From Chiloscyllium plagiosum (lineage: Eukaryota), in contig NC_057743.1 in NCBI RefSeq assembly GCF_004010195.1, positions 13,545,065-13,609,064 of the forward strand: a stretch of 64,000 nucleotides of DNA. Reading direction: 5' to 3'. The position numbers and the translations under genes were made by a program. The stretch's first letter is position 1; the number at the start of each line of letters is the position of its first letter. Shown here piece after piece: positions 37,325-50,764 of the stretch. Below the pieces are notes generated by a model. The model was not told the origin of the DNA, did no database searches, and saw only the letters and a program-made list of their open reading frames with translations.

Positions 37325-39694
37325 AATTTCTTTTATTGGTGTGTTTATTCAAGTACAGAAGTACAGTGTAAAGTTTACAATGTCACCCCACATGTACAAA
37401 TTACACAGGTACAAATCTTAAATACAAAATAGAGAAATAAAGGTTAAAAAGGCAAATAAAGTTACATGACCTGGCAGTTATTCATAGTATAAGTTAGAAA
37501 AATAGGAAATAAAGTTAAAAAGATAAGTATTACAGATTTTCTATAAAGGGCCAGCAGTAGATCAGTGCAGGGGGCTTCCACATGTAGTCTGACCAGGCTC
37601 GCAAACTGCTGACCACCCACACTGCTCCCCAGTCCAACAGCAGTCCTCGCTCCGCTAGGCCTCCAGCCCACTGACCATCCCCACTCTGCTCAGACCTCCA
37701 GCCCAATGACCATCCCCGCTCCTCTCAGGCCTCCAGCCCACTGACCATCCCCACTCTGCTCAGGCGTCCAGCCCATTGACCATCCCCACTCTGCTCAGAC
37801 ATCCAGCCCACTGACCATCCCCACTCTGCTCAGGTATCCAGCCCACTGACCATTCCTGCTCTACTCAGGCTTCCAGCCCAATGGCCATTCCCGCTCAGCT
37901 CAGGTCTCCAGCCCACTGACCATCCCCACGTCACTCAGGTCTCCAGCCCACTGACCATTCCCACTCCGCTCGGGCCTCCAGCCCACTGACCAATCCCACT
38001 CCGCTCGGGCCTCCAGCCCACTGACCATTCCCACTCCTCCGCTCGGGCCTCCAGCCCACTGACCATTCCCACTCCGCTCGGGCCTCCAGCCCACTGACCA
38101 TCCCCGCTCCTCTCAGTCCTCCAGCCCACTGACCATTCCTGCTCCGCTCAGGCCTCCAGCCAACTGACCATTCCCACTCCGCTCGGGCCTCCAGCCCACT
38201 GACCATTCCCGCTCCGCTCAGGCCTCCAGCCAACTGACCATCCCCGCTCCTCTCAGGCCTCCAGACCACTGACCAACCCCACTGTGCTCAGGCCTCCAGC
38301 CCACTGACCATACCTGCTGCTCACAGGTCTCCAGCCCATTGACCATTCCCACGCTGCTCAGGTCTCCAGCCCACTGACCATCCCCACTCCTCACAGGCCT
38401 CTAGCCCACTGACCATCCACACATCACTCAGGCATCCAGCCCACTGACCATCCCCACATCACTCAGGCCTCCAGCCCACTGACCATCCCCACTTCACTCA
38501 GGCCTCCAGCCCAATGACCATTCCCACTCCGCTCAGGCCTCCAGCCTACTGACCATCCCCAATCCACTCAGGCCTCCAGCCGACTGACCATTCCCACTCC
38601 TCTCAGGCCTCCAGCCGACTGACCATCCCCGCTCCTCTCTGGCCTCCAGCCCACTGACCATTCCTATTCTGTTCAGGTCTCCAGCCCACTGACCATCCCC
38701 GCTCCTCTCTGGCCTCCAGTCCAATGACCATCCCCACTCCACTCAGGTCTCCAGCTAACTGACCATTCCCACAACCCTCAGGTCTCCAGCCCACTAACCA
38801 TTCCCATTCCGCTCAGGCCTCCAGCCAACTGATCATTCCCATTCCGCACAGGTCTCCAGCCCAACGACCATTCCCACTCCACTCAGGCCTCTAACCCACT
38901 GACCATCCCCACTCTGCTCAGGCCTCCAGCTCACTGACCATCCCCACATCACTCTGGCCTCCAGCCCACTGACCATCCCCACTCCTCTCAGGCCTCCAGC
39001 CCAATGACCATCCCCACTCCACTCAGGTCTCCAGCCCAATGACCATTCCCACTCCGCTTAGGCCTCCGGCCCACTGACCATCCCCACTCCACTCAGGCCT
39101 CCAGCCTACTGACCATTCCCACCCCACTCAGGCCTCCAGCCCACTGACCAACCCCACATCACTCAGGCCTCCAGCCCACTGACCATTCCCACCCCACTCA
39201 GGCCTCCAGCCAACAGACCATCCCCACATCACTCAGGCCTCCAGCCCACTGACCATTCCCACCCCACTCAGGCCTCCAGCCCACTGACCAACCCCGCTCC
39301 TCTCTGGCCTCCAGCCTACTGACCATTCCCACTCTGCTCAGGCCTCCAGCCCAATGACCATTCCCACTCCACTCAGGCCTCTAGCCCACTGACCATCCCC
39401 ACTCCGCTCCGGCCTCCAGCCCACTGACCATCCCCACATCACTCAGGCATCCAGCCCACTGACCTTTCCCACCCCACTTAGGCCTCCAGCCCACTGACCA
39501 TCCCCACTTCACTCAGGTCTTCAGCCCACTGACCATTCCTGCTCTACTCAGGTTTCCAGCCCACTCTGTTCCATGCCTCCAACCTACTCTGCATCCGGGG
39601 AAAGCACCAAAAAGGGGGGATAAAGAGAAGGAAATGGTAAATAAACAGAAGAAGCAGAGGAACTCCAGTTAGAGCAAACTACTCCACCACCATC
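37325..39694 (-). mobile_element. Putative non-autonomous retroelement with internal VNTR
   Basis: Minus-strand start gatggtggtggagtag; 3' end ...gtgacattgtaaactttacactgtact...caataaaa, related to tails at 41545-41670 and 34900-34995. Confidence 0.5.
37650..39570 (+). repeat. 35-bp minisatellite (GGCCTCCAGCCCACTGACCATTCCCACTCCGCTCA), about 54 units
   Basis: 35-bp periodicity is directly visible; C-rich plus strand. Confidence 0.97.
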
Positions 39695-40716
39695 AATTAC
39701 CCGATTCCATTCACAGTGTGGCAGGGCTGCAGGAACTTGATCTGATTGATCTGTTGGCTATGGAATTGCTTAGCTCTGTTGAGTGCATGCTCTTCTTCAG
39801 TTTTTCATGTATGTAGTTCTGTATTTACCAAGATGGTATGCCCAGATGTTACTACTGGAATGCTCTCCAGTACTCCTCACTGAACTCGGGGTAATCCCTT
39901 GGCTTGAGGGTAATGGTTGAGTGAGGGGTAAGCTGGCCATGAATGAATGTGATTTTGTTGCTACTGATGCCTCATAGCAACTCATAGTGCCCAGTTTTCC
40001 ACTATTAGATCTGTTCTGAATTCTTGCCATTTAGCCTGCTAGTAAAGTGACACTGTTATAATACTATGAAAAAAGGGTGAACCTTTTCAAACACCTCAGT
40101 AAGATGCAACAAGGATTTAATGATCATTTTAGCATGAGGCTATTTCGCCTTTCAATATGATGTTGTTAACTAGTTCACCAGAAACAATTACTGAATAACA
40201 AGGTTTTTGACTGAAAGTAAGAGTAGGTTCATTCTTTACCCAAACATGGGTACGATGTTTAAAAGGATATAAAGTGTAGTACAAAAAGGGAGATAAACTG
40301 AGATTCAGCATGAAGATTCGTGGTGTTCCTGATGTATTAGATTTTAGCCTGCGACCACAGTTGGTTCAGGTAGTCCTGGATGAAGACATTAATATTGCAG
40401 CCATCTTTGAGTTCTCAGTAATTGAATGTTTTTTTCCAATTTGCATTATTTTTAGGTGCTCTGTCCTTTGAGAGGCTGAGGGAAGCAGGAAGAAAAAAGG
40501 AGAGAGAAAGACTTTTCTAGTTTTTGTAATAAATCCATCTCCCCTGCTCTGCCAGTGCAATTTATTGAAATGCAGCTCATTTGTGTCTTCCCATATCAAT
40601 TGTCCCCAAGTTGGATATCAGTAGGCAATGTTCTTTTGTCTCCAGCATGTGAACTTTCCATAAAAGTGTAAATCAAACAAGAGATTGATATCTGGTTGAC
40701 TGATTTCAGTCTTTTT

Positions 40717-40950
40717 GAGGAGAAAGTGAAGACTGCAGATGCTGGAGATCAGAGTCGAGAGCGTGGTGCTGGAAAAGCACAACAGGTCAGGCAGCATCCG
40801 GGGAGTAGGAGAATCAATGTTTCGGGCATAAGCCCTTCAACCGGAATGACTGTCATTCCTAATGAAGGATTTATGCCCAAAATGTCAATTCTCCTGCTTC
40901 TCGGATGCTGCCTGACCTGCTGTGCTTTTCCAGCACCACACTCTCAACTT
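40717..40950. mobile_element. PLE fold-back insertion, family A
   Basis: Near-complete palindrome centred on ggaatgac-t-gtcattcc; TSD ttcagtct(t/c)tttga at 40705-40718 and 40949-40962. Confidence 0.88.
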
Positions 40951-41093
40951 CAGTCTCTTTGATAACATATTAATTTCAGTTCAGACTGGTTCCTACTTAT
41001 TGATGGTTTTCTGAAGTTTATTTCAGTCTGTGGTTACGTGACCACTGTGGCCATTTTTAAATCAGTCTTTTCTCCTCTTTGAATAAATTAACT

Positions 41094-41416
41094 GGACTCG
41101 CACAGTAGCTAGTGGTTAGCAATGCTGCCTCACAGCACCAGGGTCCCAGGTTCGATTCCAGCCTCAGGCGACTCTCTGTGTGGAGTTTGCACATTCTCCC
41201 CGGGTCTGCGTAGGTTTCCTCTGGGTGCTCCGGTTTCCTCCCACAGTCCACAGATGTGCAGGTCAGGTGAATTGGCCATGCTAAATTGCCTGTAGGTTAG
41301 GTGCATTAGTCAGAGGGAAATGAGTCTGGGTGGGTTACTCTTCTGAGGGTCGGTGTGGACTTGTTGGGCCGAAGGGCCTGTTTCCACACGGTAGGGAATC
41401 TAAAAATAAATCTAAA
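41094..41416 (+). mobile_element. HE1-type SINE
   Basis: A/B boxes and gggccgaagggcctgtttccacac tail. Confidence 0.9.
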
Positions 41417-41799
41417 AATCCCAGACATAGAAGTCTACAGAAGATGACTCATATCTTACCACTATCAGCATGGCTAAGCACTTAAGAAAGAGTTAAGTGA
41501 ACTTTATTTATTTTTCTACTAATATCAAGAAGCATTGTAATGTTTAATTTTTAACTTTGTTTCTTTATTTTTCTAGCTTGTACCTAGATTTGTTTGTACC
41601 TAAGGTGGTGCCAGGAATGGCAACATTGTAACTTAAGTACTTAGTACACATGACAACAAAATCTAATTTGACTTCTAATCCTATCATCTCAGCACAACCC
41701 GATGAATAGTGCCCTCAGTATCATCAACATGAATACATGACATGGTCTTTACAAGGTTTATGAGGTGCTCACTCCTACCTGTACTTTATCTAGGACTGA

Positions 41800-43870
41800 A
41801 TGTATTTGGTTTGAGTTGAGGAACAGAGAGGAGCCAGTTCATTGTCAGGAGTTTCTTTATACAGCTCTAAGCAGTGATTAGTGGGAAAATGAGCAAATTT
41901 GTAAGCAAATTTCAAGATGAGTAACAAAAATGGACAGCAATATTGCAGGCTATAATTACTCTAATGAGTAGTGCTGAGGGAAGTGAACAAGAAAAGTTAG
42001 TGATGTGTGCACTGGTGAATGATCTCAATCAATGTGTTTCCAGTCCATCAAGAAAGGAAGCAATGTGGAATCTGGGTTCCAGGAAACTAAAGCAGCCTGA
42101 GTGTAGCGTGCTGCAATAGGACATCAGCGATCACAGCATAATTCATTTTAAAACAATTATGGAAAGAGATATGAAACTTAAAAATGTTCAGTTATGGAAG
42201 AATTAATTCAGAAGGGACCTGTCACAGGTAAATTGGAAAAGTCGATCGCACAGTAAAACAGTAACAGTGAAAGAGAAAGTTCAGATAGAAATCTCTTTGA
42301 ACTGAAAAGATACAGCATCTAAATTCAATACACTGAGTGACAAAGAAAATAAACATTAAAATAACATAGAAAGAGGAAGTTTATCGCTAGTGTCAGATGG
42401 AAGATTCAGTTAATAACTGGAAAGATTATGATTTGTGCTGAAAGGTATTAAGAAACTTAATCTGGGAGACAAAGATAGGTTAGAAGAAAAGAATAGCAGA
42501 CATCATTAAATTGAATCTTGAAACCTTTTAATAATACTTATATTGTAAGAGATTTGTTAGGGAAAATTTTGAGTCCATTAAGAATGTAAATGAAAAGTCT
42601 TCATCTAGAGGCAGATAACTTGGCAAGAATATTTAAAAACATTCTTTGTATCTGGTGTGAAGGATATGCAAAAAGAGGGGGAAGTTATGGACAGGATAAA
42701 AATAGGTAGGCAAGGCATAGGAAAAGGGTTATTATGTCTGAATGTTGCTGAGTCACCTGATCCAAGTTGACAGCATCCTTGGTAACTGAAAGAAGCAAAG
42801 ACATTGGTCATAATCTTCCAACCTTACAGAAGTATTAGCAAACAGTTGCTAATGTTATACCACAATTTAGAAAAGTGAAAGAGGTAAAGCAGGGAACTGT
42901 AGGCCAGAAAGGTTAACGTCAGTGGTGGACAAGTAAGAACTGCTGGCAGGGACAAAATAAACTTCCTTTGAAAGGCATGAGTTAATCAAAGAAAGCTGCA
43001 ATGATTTGTTAAAGATAAATTATGCCAGACTAACTTGAGTGTTTTGATGAGAGAAAAGAAAAGTAGATTCATGGAGTTTGTATAATGGATGTATAAGTGG
43101 AATTTCTGAAGGCATTTGACAAAGTGCCACATAGGAAGGTTATTAAAACAATGGAAGGGACAAGGCTGGGTCAGTGACAGGAAGTGGTGGATGGAGGGAT
43201 GCATCTTCATCCAGGGAGTAGTTCACAGGGGTATTCCACAAAGATTAGTTTTCTAGTGTTTGTAAATGACCCAGACACAAGTAAGGGGTCAGCATTCTAA
43301 AATGTTGGAAATTTGGTAAAGCATTTGATCATGCTGAGGAAAGTTATCTGCATGAGGATGACAGGGGACTGAAATGAACACAATTGCAGATCTATGACAT
43401 GACTTTCAATGAACAAATGTGTAAAGACATCATGCTTTTAATGGCATGATTTTAAAAAATGAAATGTGCAAACAAATGCCAATGTCCATATGCACAAATC
43501 CTTAAAGGAGCCAGCAAGTTGATTCAGCACTTTTAGAAAGCAAAAAACAGTCCAAAACCTGCAGATACAAACATCAGAAATAAAAATCAAAATTTCTGCA
43601 AATAACCAGCAGGTCAGGCAGCATATGTGAAGAAAGAGAAAATAAAGAGGTTACATGGGTTTGTAAAGTGTAGAGGTTAAGCCTGAGCTGGACCCTGTGA
43701 ATATTACTGGACATCTACTTCAGGAAAGATGAAAAGGCCTCAGAAAGAGTACTCCTCAGAAGGTGTGGAGGGTAGGGTTGGTTACACAAATGTTATCAGG
43801 GATAAGGGTCCTTATTAATGAGGGGATGTTGGGAAAGTTAGAACTTACCTTTTTTGGTCTGAGGAGAAGT
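41800..43870 (+). mobile_element. Very old CR1 ORF2 relic
   Basis: Residual SPDP, ANVIP.F.K, LTSVV.K, LCQTNL and KAFDKVPH motifs. Confidence 0.7.
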
Positions 43871-43884
43871 GACCCATTAGAAGT

Positions 43885-44535
43885 TCCTTGAAAGTAGAGT
43901 CACAGGTATATAGGATAGTGAAGAAAGCATTTAGTATGCTTGTCTTTGCTGGTCAGTGCATTGACTGTACAAGTTGGAAGGTCATGTTGCAGCTGTACAT
44001 GACATTGGTTAGGCCACTTTTGGAATACTGCATTCAATTCTGGTCTCCCTGCTATAGTTGTGAAACTTAAATACGCAGAACATATTTACCAGAATGTTGC
44101 CAGGATGGAGGGTGTGAGCTGGAGGGAGAGGCTGAGTAGGCTGGGCCATTCCCTGGAGCATTGGAGGTTAAGGACTGAACTTATAGAGGTTTATAAGATC
44201 ATGACAGGCATGGAGAGGATGAAAAGTCAAAGTCTTTTCCCCAGGGTAGGGGAGTCTAAAGCTAGAGGGCATAGATTTAAGGTGAGAGGGGACAGATTTA
44301 AAAGGTCCTGAAGGTCAACTTTTTCATGCAGCGGGTGATGCATGTATGAAATGATCCATGGAGGCTGGTACAACATTTAAAAGGCACCTGGATGGGTATA
44401 TGAATAGGAACGGTTTAGAGCGGTATGGGCAAAACACGAGCAAATGGGACTAGATTAATTTAGGCTATCTGGTTGGCATGGACGAGTTGGACCAAATAGT
44501 CTGTCTCTGTACTGTGCATCTCTACGACTCTATGA
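43885..44535 (+). mobile_element. CR1/HER1-like 3' end
   Basis: LVRPLLEYCIQFWSP; LIEVYKIM; tail catctctacgactctatga. Confidence 0.9.
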
Positions 44536-44749
44536 TGAGAGCTTTTATCAGAATAGACAGATAGAGAGAAATCATTCCTTCTGGAGAGTTTGTCAATCAT
44601 TTGCAGCCATAGATTTAAAATCATTGACAAAATGTGTAGAAGAGAGATGATTTTTGTTTTCACTCAGAGCTGTCAGAATCTGGAACTGAAGATGTGCAAG
44701 CTGCTTCCTTAATAAGTTTAAAGGTGAGTTGGGCAAGTACTTGAGAACA

Positions 44750-46815
44750 AAGAACAGTACAGTACAGGAACAAGTCCTTGGATCTACCAAGGGTGTACCA
44801 ACATATGATGCCGTTCTTCACAAAAAGCCTTTTGCCTCTATGCCACCATATCCCTCTTTTCCCTGTCTATCCATATATCTGTGAAGATGCCTCCTTAATG
44901 TTGCTATTGTATCAGTTTCCACCACCTCTTCTGGCATCATATTCCAGGCACGTACCACCCTCTGTGCAAAAAAAAACTGCCTCTCACATCTCCTTTCAAC
45001 TTTCTCCCTTTTATCTTAAACCTACGTTCCCTAGTAATTGATATTTCCATCCTGGGAAAAAGACTCTAACTATCTATTCTACCCATGCCTCTCATAATTT
45101 TGTAAACATATATTAGATTGCCCCTCAGCCTCCAACATTCAAGTGAAAACAAAATAAGTTAGTCCAATCTCTCCTCATAGCTAATACCCTCCAAAACAGG
45201 CAACTTCCTGGTAAACTGTACTGTCTCCAAAGGCTTTACGTCTTTCTGGTAGTGTGCAATCAAAACTGTCTACAATATTCCAAATGTGACCTACTTAAAG
45301 TTCTATATGGCCTCAACATGACTTGTTAATTTTTATACTCTATGCTGACAGATAAAGATAAGCATGCCATATGCTTTTTTGACCACTTTATCCACTTCTG
45401 TTGCCACTTTAAGAGAATTGTGGATCTGTATGACTAGATCCCTCTGTGTGTTAATGCTTCTAAGGGTTGTTCCATTTATTGTATGCTTCCCTCATGCATT
45501 AGACCTTCCAAAATGCATCACCTTGTATTTTTCCAGATTAATTTCCATCTGCCAGTTCTTCATCCAAGTCTCCAGCCTATCTATATCCTGCTGTATCCTT
45601 TGGTGATCCTCCTCACTATCCACAGGTGTCCCAATCTTGGTGTTATTTGCAAACTTACTAATACGGCCATCCATATTCTTCTCCAAATCATTTAGATATA
45701 TATACATAATGTTACAGACAACAGAGGTCCCAGCACTGATCCCTGTGCAACACCGCTGGCCACAGATTTCCAGTCAGAAAAGCACCTTTCCATCGCGACT
45801 CTCTATCTTCTGTGACTAAGCCAGTTCTGTAACAATCTTACTAGCTCACCGAAGATCCCATGTGACTATACCTTTTGTATCAGTTTGCCATGGGGGTCTT
45901 TGTAAAAGGCCTTGCTAAAGTCCATGTAGACAACAAACATCTCCAACCCTGCCCTTTCAATCATCTTTGTCACATCCTCAAAAATCTCAATCAAGTTTGT
46001 GAGACACAACTTTCCCAGCACAAAACCATGCTGCCTGTTGCTAATAAGTTTACATTTTACCATAGCCTGTCACTAGGACTCTTCTCCAATATTTTCCCTA
46101 CCACTGATGTAAGGCTCACCAGCCTGTAATTTTCCAATAACCCTGTTGCCCTTCTTAAACCATTGATTATTCTCCAATCCTCAGGAACCTGTCCTGTGGC
46201 TAAAGAGGATACAAAGATCTTGTACAAGGTGCCAGCAATTTTCTCCCTTGCATCTATCAGTATTCTGGGATAGATCTCATCAGCGCAGGGGATTTGTCCA
46301 GCTAAATGCTTTTCAAAATACTCAAATCTCCTTTTTTATATCAACATACCCAACTCACAATCCACCAAAAATACTCAAATCTCCTTTTTTATATCAACAT
46401 ACCTAACTCACCATCCACCATATCCTTTCCATTTATATATACTGATGCAAACTATATTTAAGGTCTTCATGCACTTCCTCCAGCTCCATGGATAAACTTC
46501 TTAGTTTGTCCTTAAGTGGACCAATCCTTTTTCTAACTACCCTCTTGTGCCTAATATACGTATAAAATGCCTTGGGATTTTCCTTAATCCTGTTTGCCAA
46601 GAACGTTTCATGGTTCCTTTTGGCCTTCCTAATTCCTTGTTTGAGTTCTTTCCTGTTATCTTTATTTTCTTTGAGTAATCTATCTGTCTTTAGTTTCCTA
46701 AACCTTACCTATGTAATCTTTTTCTTTCTAAGCTCTCAAGCTCTGTTGTCATCCAAGGTTCCAAAATCATGCCATCCTTATCCTTCATTTTCACAGGAGC
46801 ATGCTAGTACTGAAC
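44750..46815 (-). mobile_element. CR1 LINE (different subfamily), 5'-truncated
   Basis: QHGFVLGKLCLTNL, YMDFSKAF, ISKFANNTKIG; 53-bp tandem duplication at 46315-46420. Confidence 0.9.
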
Positions 46816-46834
46816 ACTTCAGTATGTGGATTTA

Positions 46835-48895
46835 CCTACTAGAGAAGGTGCAAAACTTGACTGACACTTGGGAAATAAGACAGGGCAGGTGACTGAGGTG
46901 TCAGTGGGGGAGGACTTTGGGGCCAGCGATCATAATTCTATTAGATTTTAAATAATGATGCAAAAGGATAGACCAGATCTAAAAGTTGAAGTTCTAAATT
47001 GGAGAAAGGCCAATTTTTACAGTATTAGGCAAGAACTTTCGAAAGCTGATTGGGGGCAGATGTTTGCAGGCTGAGAAATGGGAAGCCTTCAGGAATGAGA
47101 TAATGAGAATCCAGAGAAAGTATACTCATGTTATGGTGAAAGGAAAGGCTGGTAGGTATAGGGAATGCTGGATGATTAAAGAAATTGAGGGTTTGGTTAA
47201 GAAAAAGAAGGAAGCATATGTCAGGTATAGACAGGATAGATTGAGTGAATCCTTAGAAGAGTACAAAGGAAGTAGGAGTATACTTAAGAGGGAAATCAGG
47301 AGGGCAAAAAGGGGACATGAGATAGCTTTGGCAAATAGAATTAAGGAGAATCCAAAGAGTTTTTACAAATACATTAAGGATAAAAGGGTTTATAGGGAGA
47401 GAATAGGGCCCCTCAAAGATCAGCAAGGCGGTCTATGTGTGGAGCCGCAGAAAATGGGGAAGATACTAAATGAGCATTTTGCATCAGTATTTACTGTGGA
47501 AAAGGAGGTGGAAGATACAGACTGCAGGGAAATAGATGGTGACAGCTTGAAAAATGTCCACATTACAGAGGAGGAAGTGCTGGATATCTTGAAATGCATA
47601 AAGGTGGATAAATCCCCAGGACCTGATCAGGTGTATCCGAGAACTCTGTGGGAAGCTAGAGAAGTGATTGCTGGGCCTCTTGCTGAGATATTTGTATCAT
47701 CAATAGTCACAAATAAGGTACTGGAAGACTGGAGGTTGGCTAATGTGGTGCCACTGTTTAAGAAGGGCGGTAAAGACAAGCCAGGGAGCTATAGACCAAT
47801 GAGCCTGACGTCGGTGGTGGGCAAGTTGTTGGAGGGAATCCTGAGGGACAGGATGTACATGTATTTGGAAAGGCAAGGACTGATTAGGGATAGTCAACAT
47901 GGCTTTGTGCGTGGGAAATCATGTCGTACAAACTTGATTGAGTTTTTCAAAGAAGTAACAAAGAGATTGATGAGGGCAGAATGGTGGATGTGATCTGTAT
48001 GGACTTCAGTAAGGCATTCGACAAGGTTCCTCATAATAGACTTATTAGCAAGGTTGGATCTCACAGAATAGAGGGAGAACTCGTCATTTGGATACAGAAC
48101 TGGCTCAAAGGTAGAAGACAGAGGGTGGTGAGGGGGGTTGTTTTTCAGACTGGAGGCCTGTGACCATGGAGTGCCACAAGGATCGGTGCTGGGTCTTCTA
48201 CTTTTTGTCATTTACATAAATGATTTGGATGCGAGCATAAGAGGTACAGTTAGTAAGTTTGCAGATGACACCANNNNNNNNNNNNNNNNNNNNNNNNNNN
48301 NNNNNNNNNNNNNNNNNNNNNNNNNNNNNNNNNNNNNNNNNNNNNNNNNNNNNNNNNNNNNNNNNNNNNNNNNNNNNNNNNNNNNNNNNNNNNNNNNNNN
48401 NNNNNNNNNNNNNNNNAAAAGGTTTACAAGGATGTTGCCAGGGTTGGAGGATTTGAGCTATAGGGAGAGGCTGAACAGACTGAGGCTGTTTTCCCTGGAG
48501 CGTCGGAGGCTGAGGGGTGACCTTATACAGGTTTACAAAATTATGAGTGGCATGGATAGGGTAAAGAGGCAAAGTCTTTTCCCAAGGGTCGGGGAGTCCA
48601 GAACTAGAGGGCATAGGTTTAGGGTGAGAGAGCAAAGATATAAAAGAGACCTAAGGGGCAACTTTTTCACACAGAGGGTGGTACGTATATGGAATGAGCT
48701 GCCAGAGAATGTGGTGGAGGCTAGTACAATTGCAACATTTAAGAGGCATTTGGATGGACATATGAATAGGAAGTGTTTGGAGGGAAATGGGACAGGTGGG
48801 ACTAGATTGGGTTGGGGTATCTGGTCGGCATGGATGGGTTGGACCAAAGGGCCTGTTTCCATGCTGTACATCTCTATGACTCTATCGCTCTATGA
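46835..48895 (+). mobile_element. Young CR1/HER1-like LINE ORF2
   Basis: 309-aa open stretch 47064-47993 (KSPGPD, YRPMSLTS, QHGFVRGKSC), then [16 protein letters not shown] and FADDT via frameshifts; N gap at 48274-48416. Confidence 0.95.
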
Positions 48896-49538
48896 CTATC
48901 ACTATATGATTCTCACATGCCAGATGTAGATTTACATTCAAATGGCCTACCCAAGACTCATTCCCCAGTTCCTGCCTAATATTGTCGTAGTTAGTCTTCC
49001 ACCAATGTAATATTTTCATGTTAGAACTACTCATGTCCTCCTTCATAAGGAACTTCCAGAATTATGGTCGCTGTTCCTAAAATGCTTCTCTGATCACCTG
49101 GCCATGTTCATTCCCCAATACCAGGTCTTGTATGGCACCTTCTCGAGAGGAAAAGGAATTTACAGGATGTTGGACGAAAGGTAGGGATGTATGTAAGGCC
49201 AGGCATGACTATGTTTTCTAGCAGAGACATGATGGGCTGGTAGACCCTTTATGTGCCGTATGTTTCTAATACTCTCTGATACTCCATCACTGAAAAGTCC
49301 AGTACGATATTTAACATCTTTCTGAACCTCTGCCTAATATTTCATCTAAATCATTCATCGATTAATGCTGTATTGAAATGTCAGTCTGGAGTATTAAATC
49401 TTTTAGTGGGCCTTAAGCCTAGTCTTCTGATTCAGAACAGTAATTCAGAGTTGAAAAATGAAGACAGAACTCAGTTGAACTCATACCTCTATCACACTGT
49501 ATTAACTCATCGTTAATACAATTATATAGCTCTTCTTA

Positions 49539-49852
49539 AAGATTAGATTACCTACAGTGTGGAAACAGGCCCGTCAGCCCAACAAGTCACACCGACCCTC
49601 CAAAGAGTAACCCACCCAGACCCATTTCCCTCTGATTAATGCATCTAACACTATGGGCAATTTGACATGGCCAATTCACCTGGCCTGCATATCTTTGGAC
49701 TGTAGGAGGAAACCAGAGCACCCAGAGGAAACCCACGCAGACACGGGGAGAATGTGAAAACTCCACACAGACAGTCACCTGAGGCTGGAATCAAACCTGG
49801 AACCCTGGCGCTGTGAGGCAATAGTGCTAACCACTGAGTCACCCTGCCACCC
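49539..49852 (-). mobile_element. HE1-type SINE
   Basis: agattagatt tail through gtgctaaccactgagtcacc head. Confidence 0.9.
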
Positions 49853-50084
49853 TAAAGCTTTTTCCTGCCTGATTAATGTTTTGTAACTACATAGCTGAAA
49901 AACAATTCTCTTTTTTTAATTGAGCTTCCATTTCTCTGGGAGGCACTGGTCCTGTCAATATCCAACAATCTGTTCTCAAAACTCTGCTCATAATTTGACA
50001 GCTGGGACAAATTCCACAACAGTCAGCCATACCATAAAACAATCAACGGCATTTGAAATAATACCAGCCACAGAAAAACTGATC

Positions 50085-50308
50085 CATCCTATCTCTTAAT
50101 GTAAATAGATCCTTGAAAATAATTCCAGATCAGGATCTAATTCCGTATCTTTGCCAAAAATCTAATCAGTTCTTGCTTGGGCCATACCTTACCTGTAAAC
50201 TAGTTTTTGTTGAAATTCACCCATTAGTTTTCAGCTACTTCATTTAGACTCAAACTTATAAACAGACAGAATCATTACCTCTACTCACCAACAGAGGCAG
50301 GGAGGTAA
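50085..50308. mobile_element. Possible non-autonomous Helentron/Helitron-like relic
   Basis: ccaaaaatctaatcagttcttgcttgggccat...gaaattcacccattagtttt; terminal inverted motif ttacctc (50275) ... gaggtaa (50302). Confidence 0.4.
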
Positions 50309-50764
50309 GTAATATTTCAGTGAAAGGTGTGAATTGGTTTGTATTTCAGCTTCTGTCATTGAATGACCTTGAGAGTTAATTGAAGAGGGCTTCAAATTCA
50401 CCGAGGGCAGAAATTGGCATTGATCTAATTACTTACTGTAGAAATTGCATTTTCTTTCACAATAAGCATCCAAGCAAGTAAACAATATGTTTTTCCATTT
50501 TCAGTTCTATCGGTGCTTTGAGATGTCTGACCTTATCCAAAAGCATTGTAACCACTTCCAGTTACTCTCATGATGGTCATCATTTCCAAAATTGGATAAA
50601 CATTTTTGATTTGTGCTTCCCAAATGGGTCCATTGACACTGATTTTGGCACAGAACAATTCATTTCAAAGCATGGTCCATTGAAAGTAAACTGAAAGCAA
50701 ATGTCCGTATTCTATTTATTTGAGGCTTATCTGGAGATTACAGACCTGTAAATTGCACATTTTG

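Larger units (their letters stand above)
36960..40050 (-). mobile_element. Old LINE fragment (RTE-X-like), split by the insert at about 37325-39694
   Basis: gagcctcctcctccagttagtt | aattacccgattccattcac...gtggcagggctgcag appears to read as one continuous shark LINE sequence (from recall). Confidence 0.5.

Noticed and set aside
37900-39039. Trp/Gly-rich repeat ORFs
   Set aside because: Translations of the 35-bp minisatellite.
46315-46420. Short tandem duplications (53 bp here; also about 28940-28990 and 60368-60456)
   Set aside because: Ordinary local slippage inside dead elements.
44750-48895. Head-to-head CR1 pair as one twin-primed insertion
   Set aside because: Both have their own, different 3' tails, cover overlapping ORF2 regions and differ greatly in decay.
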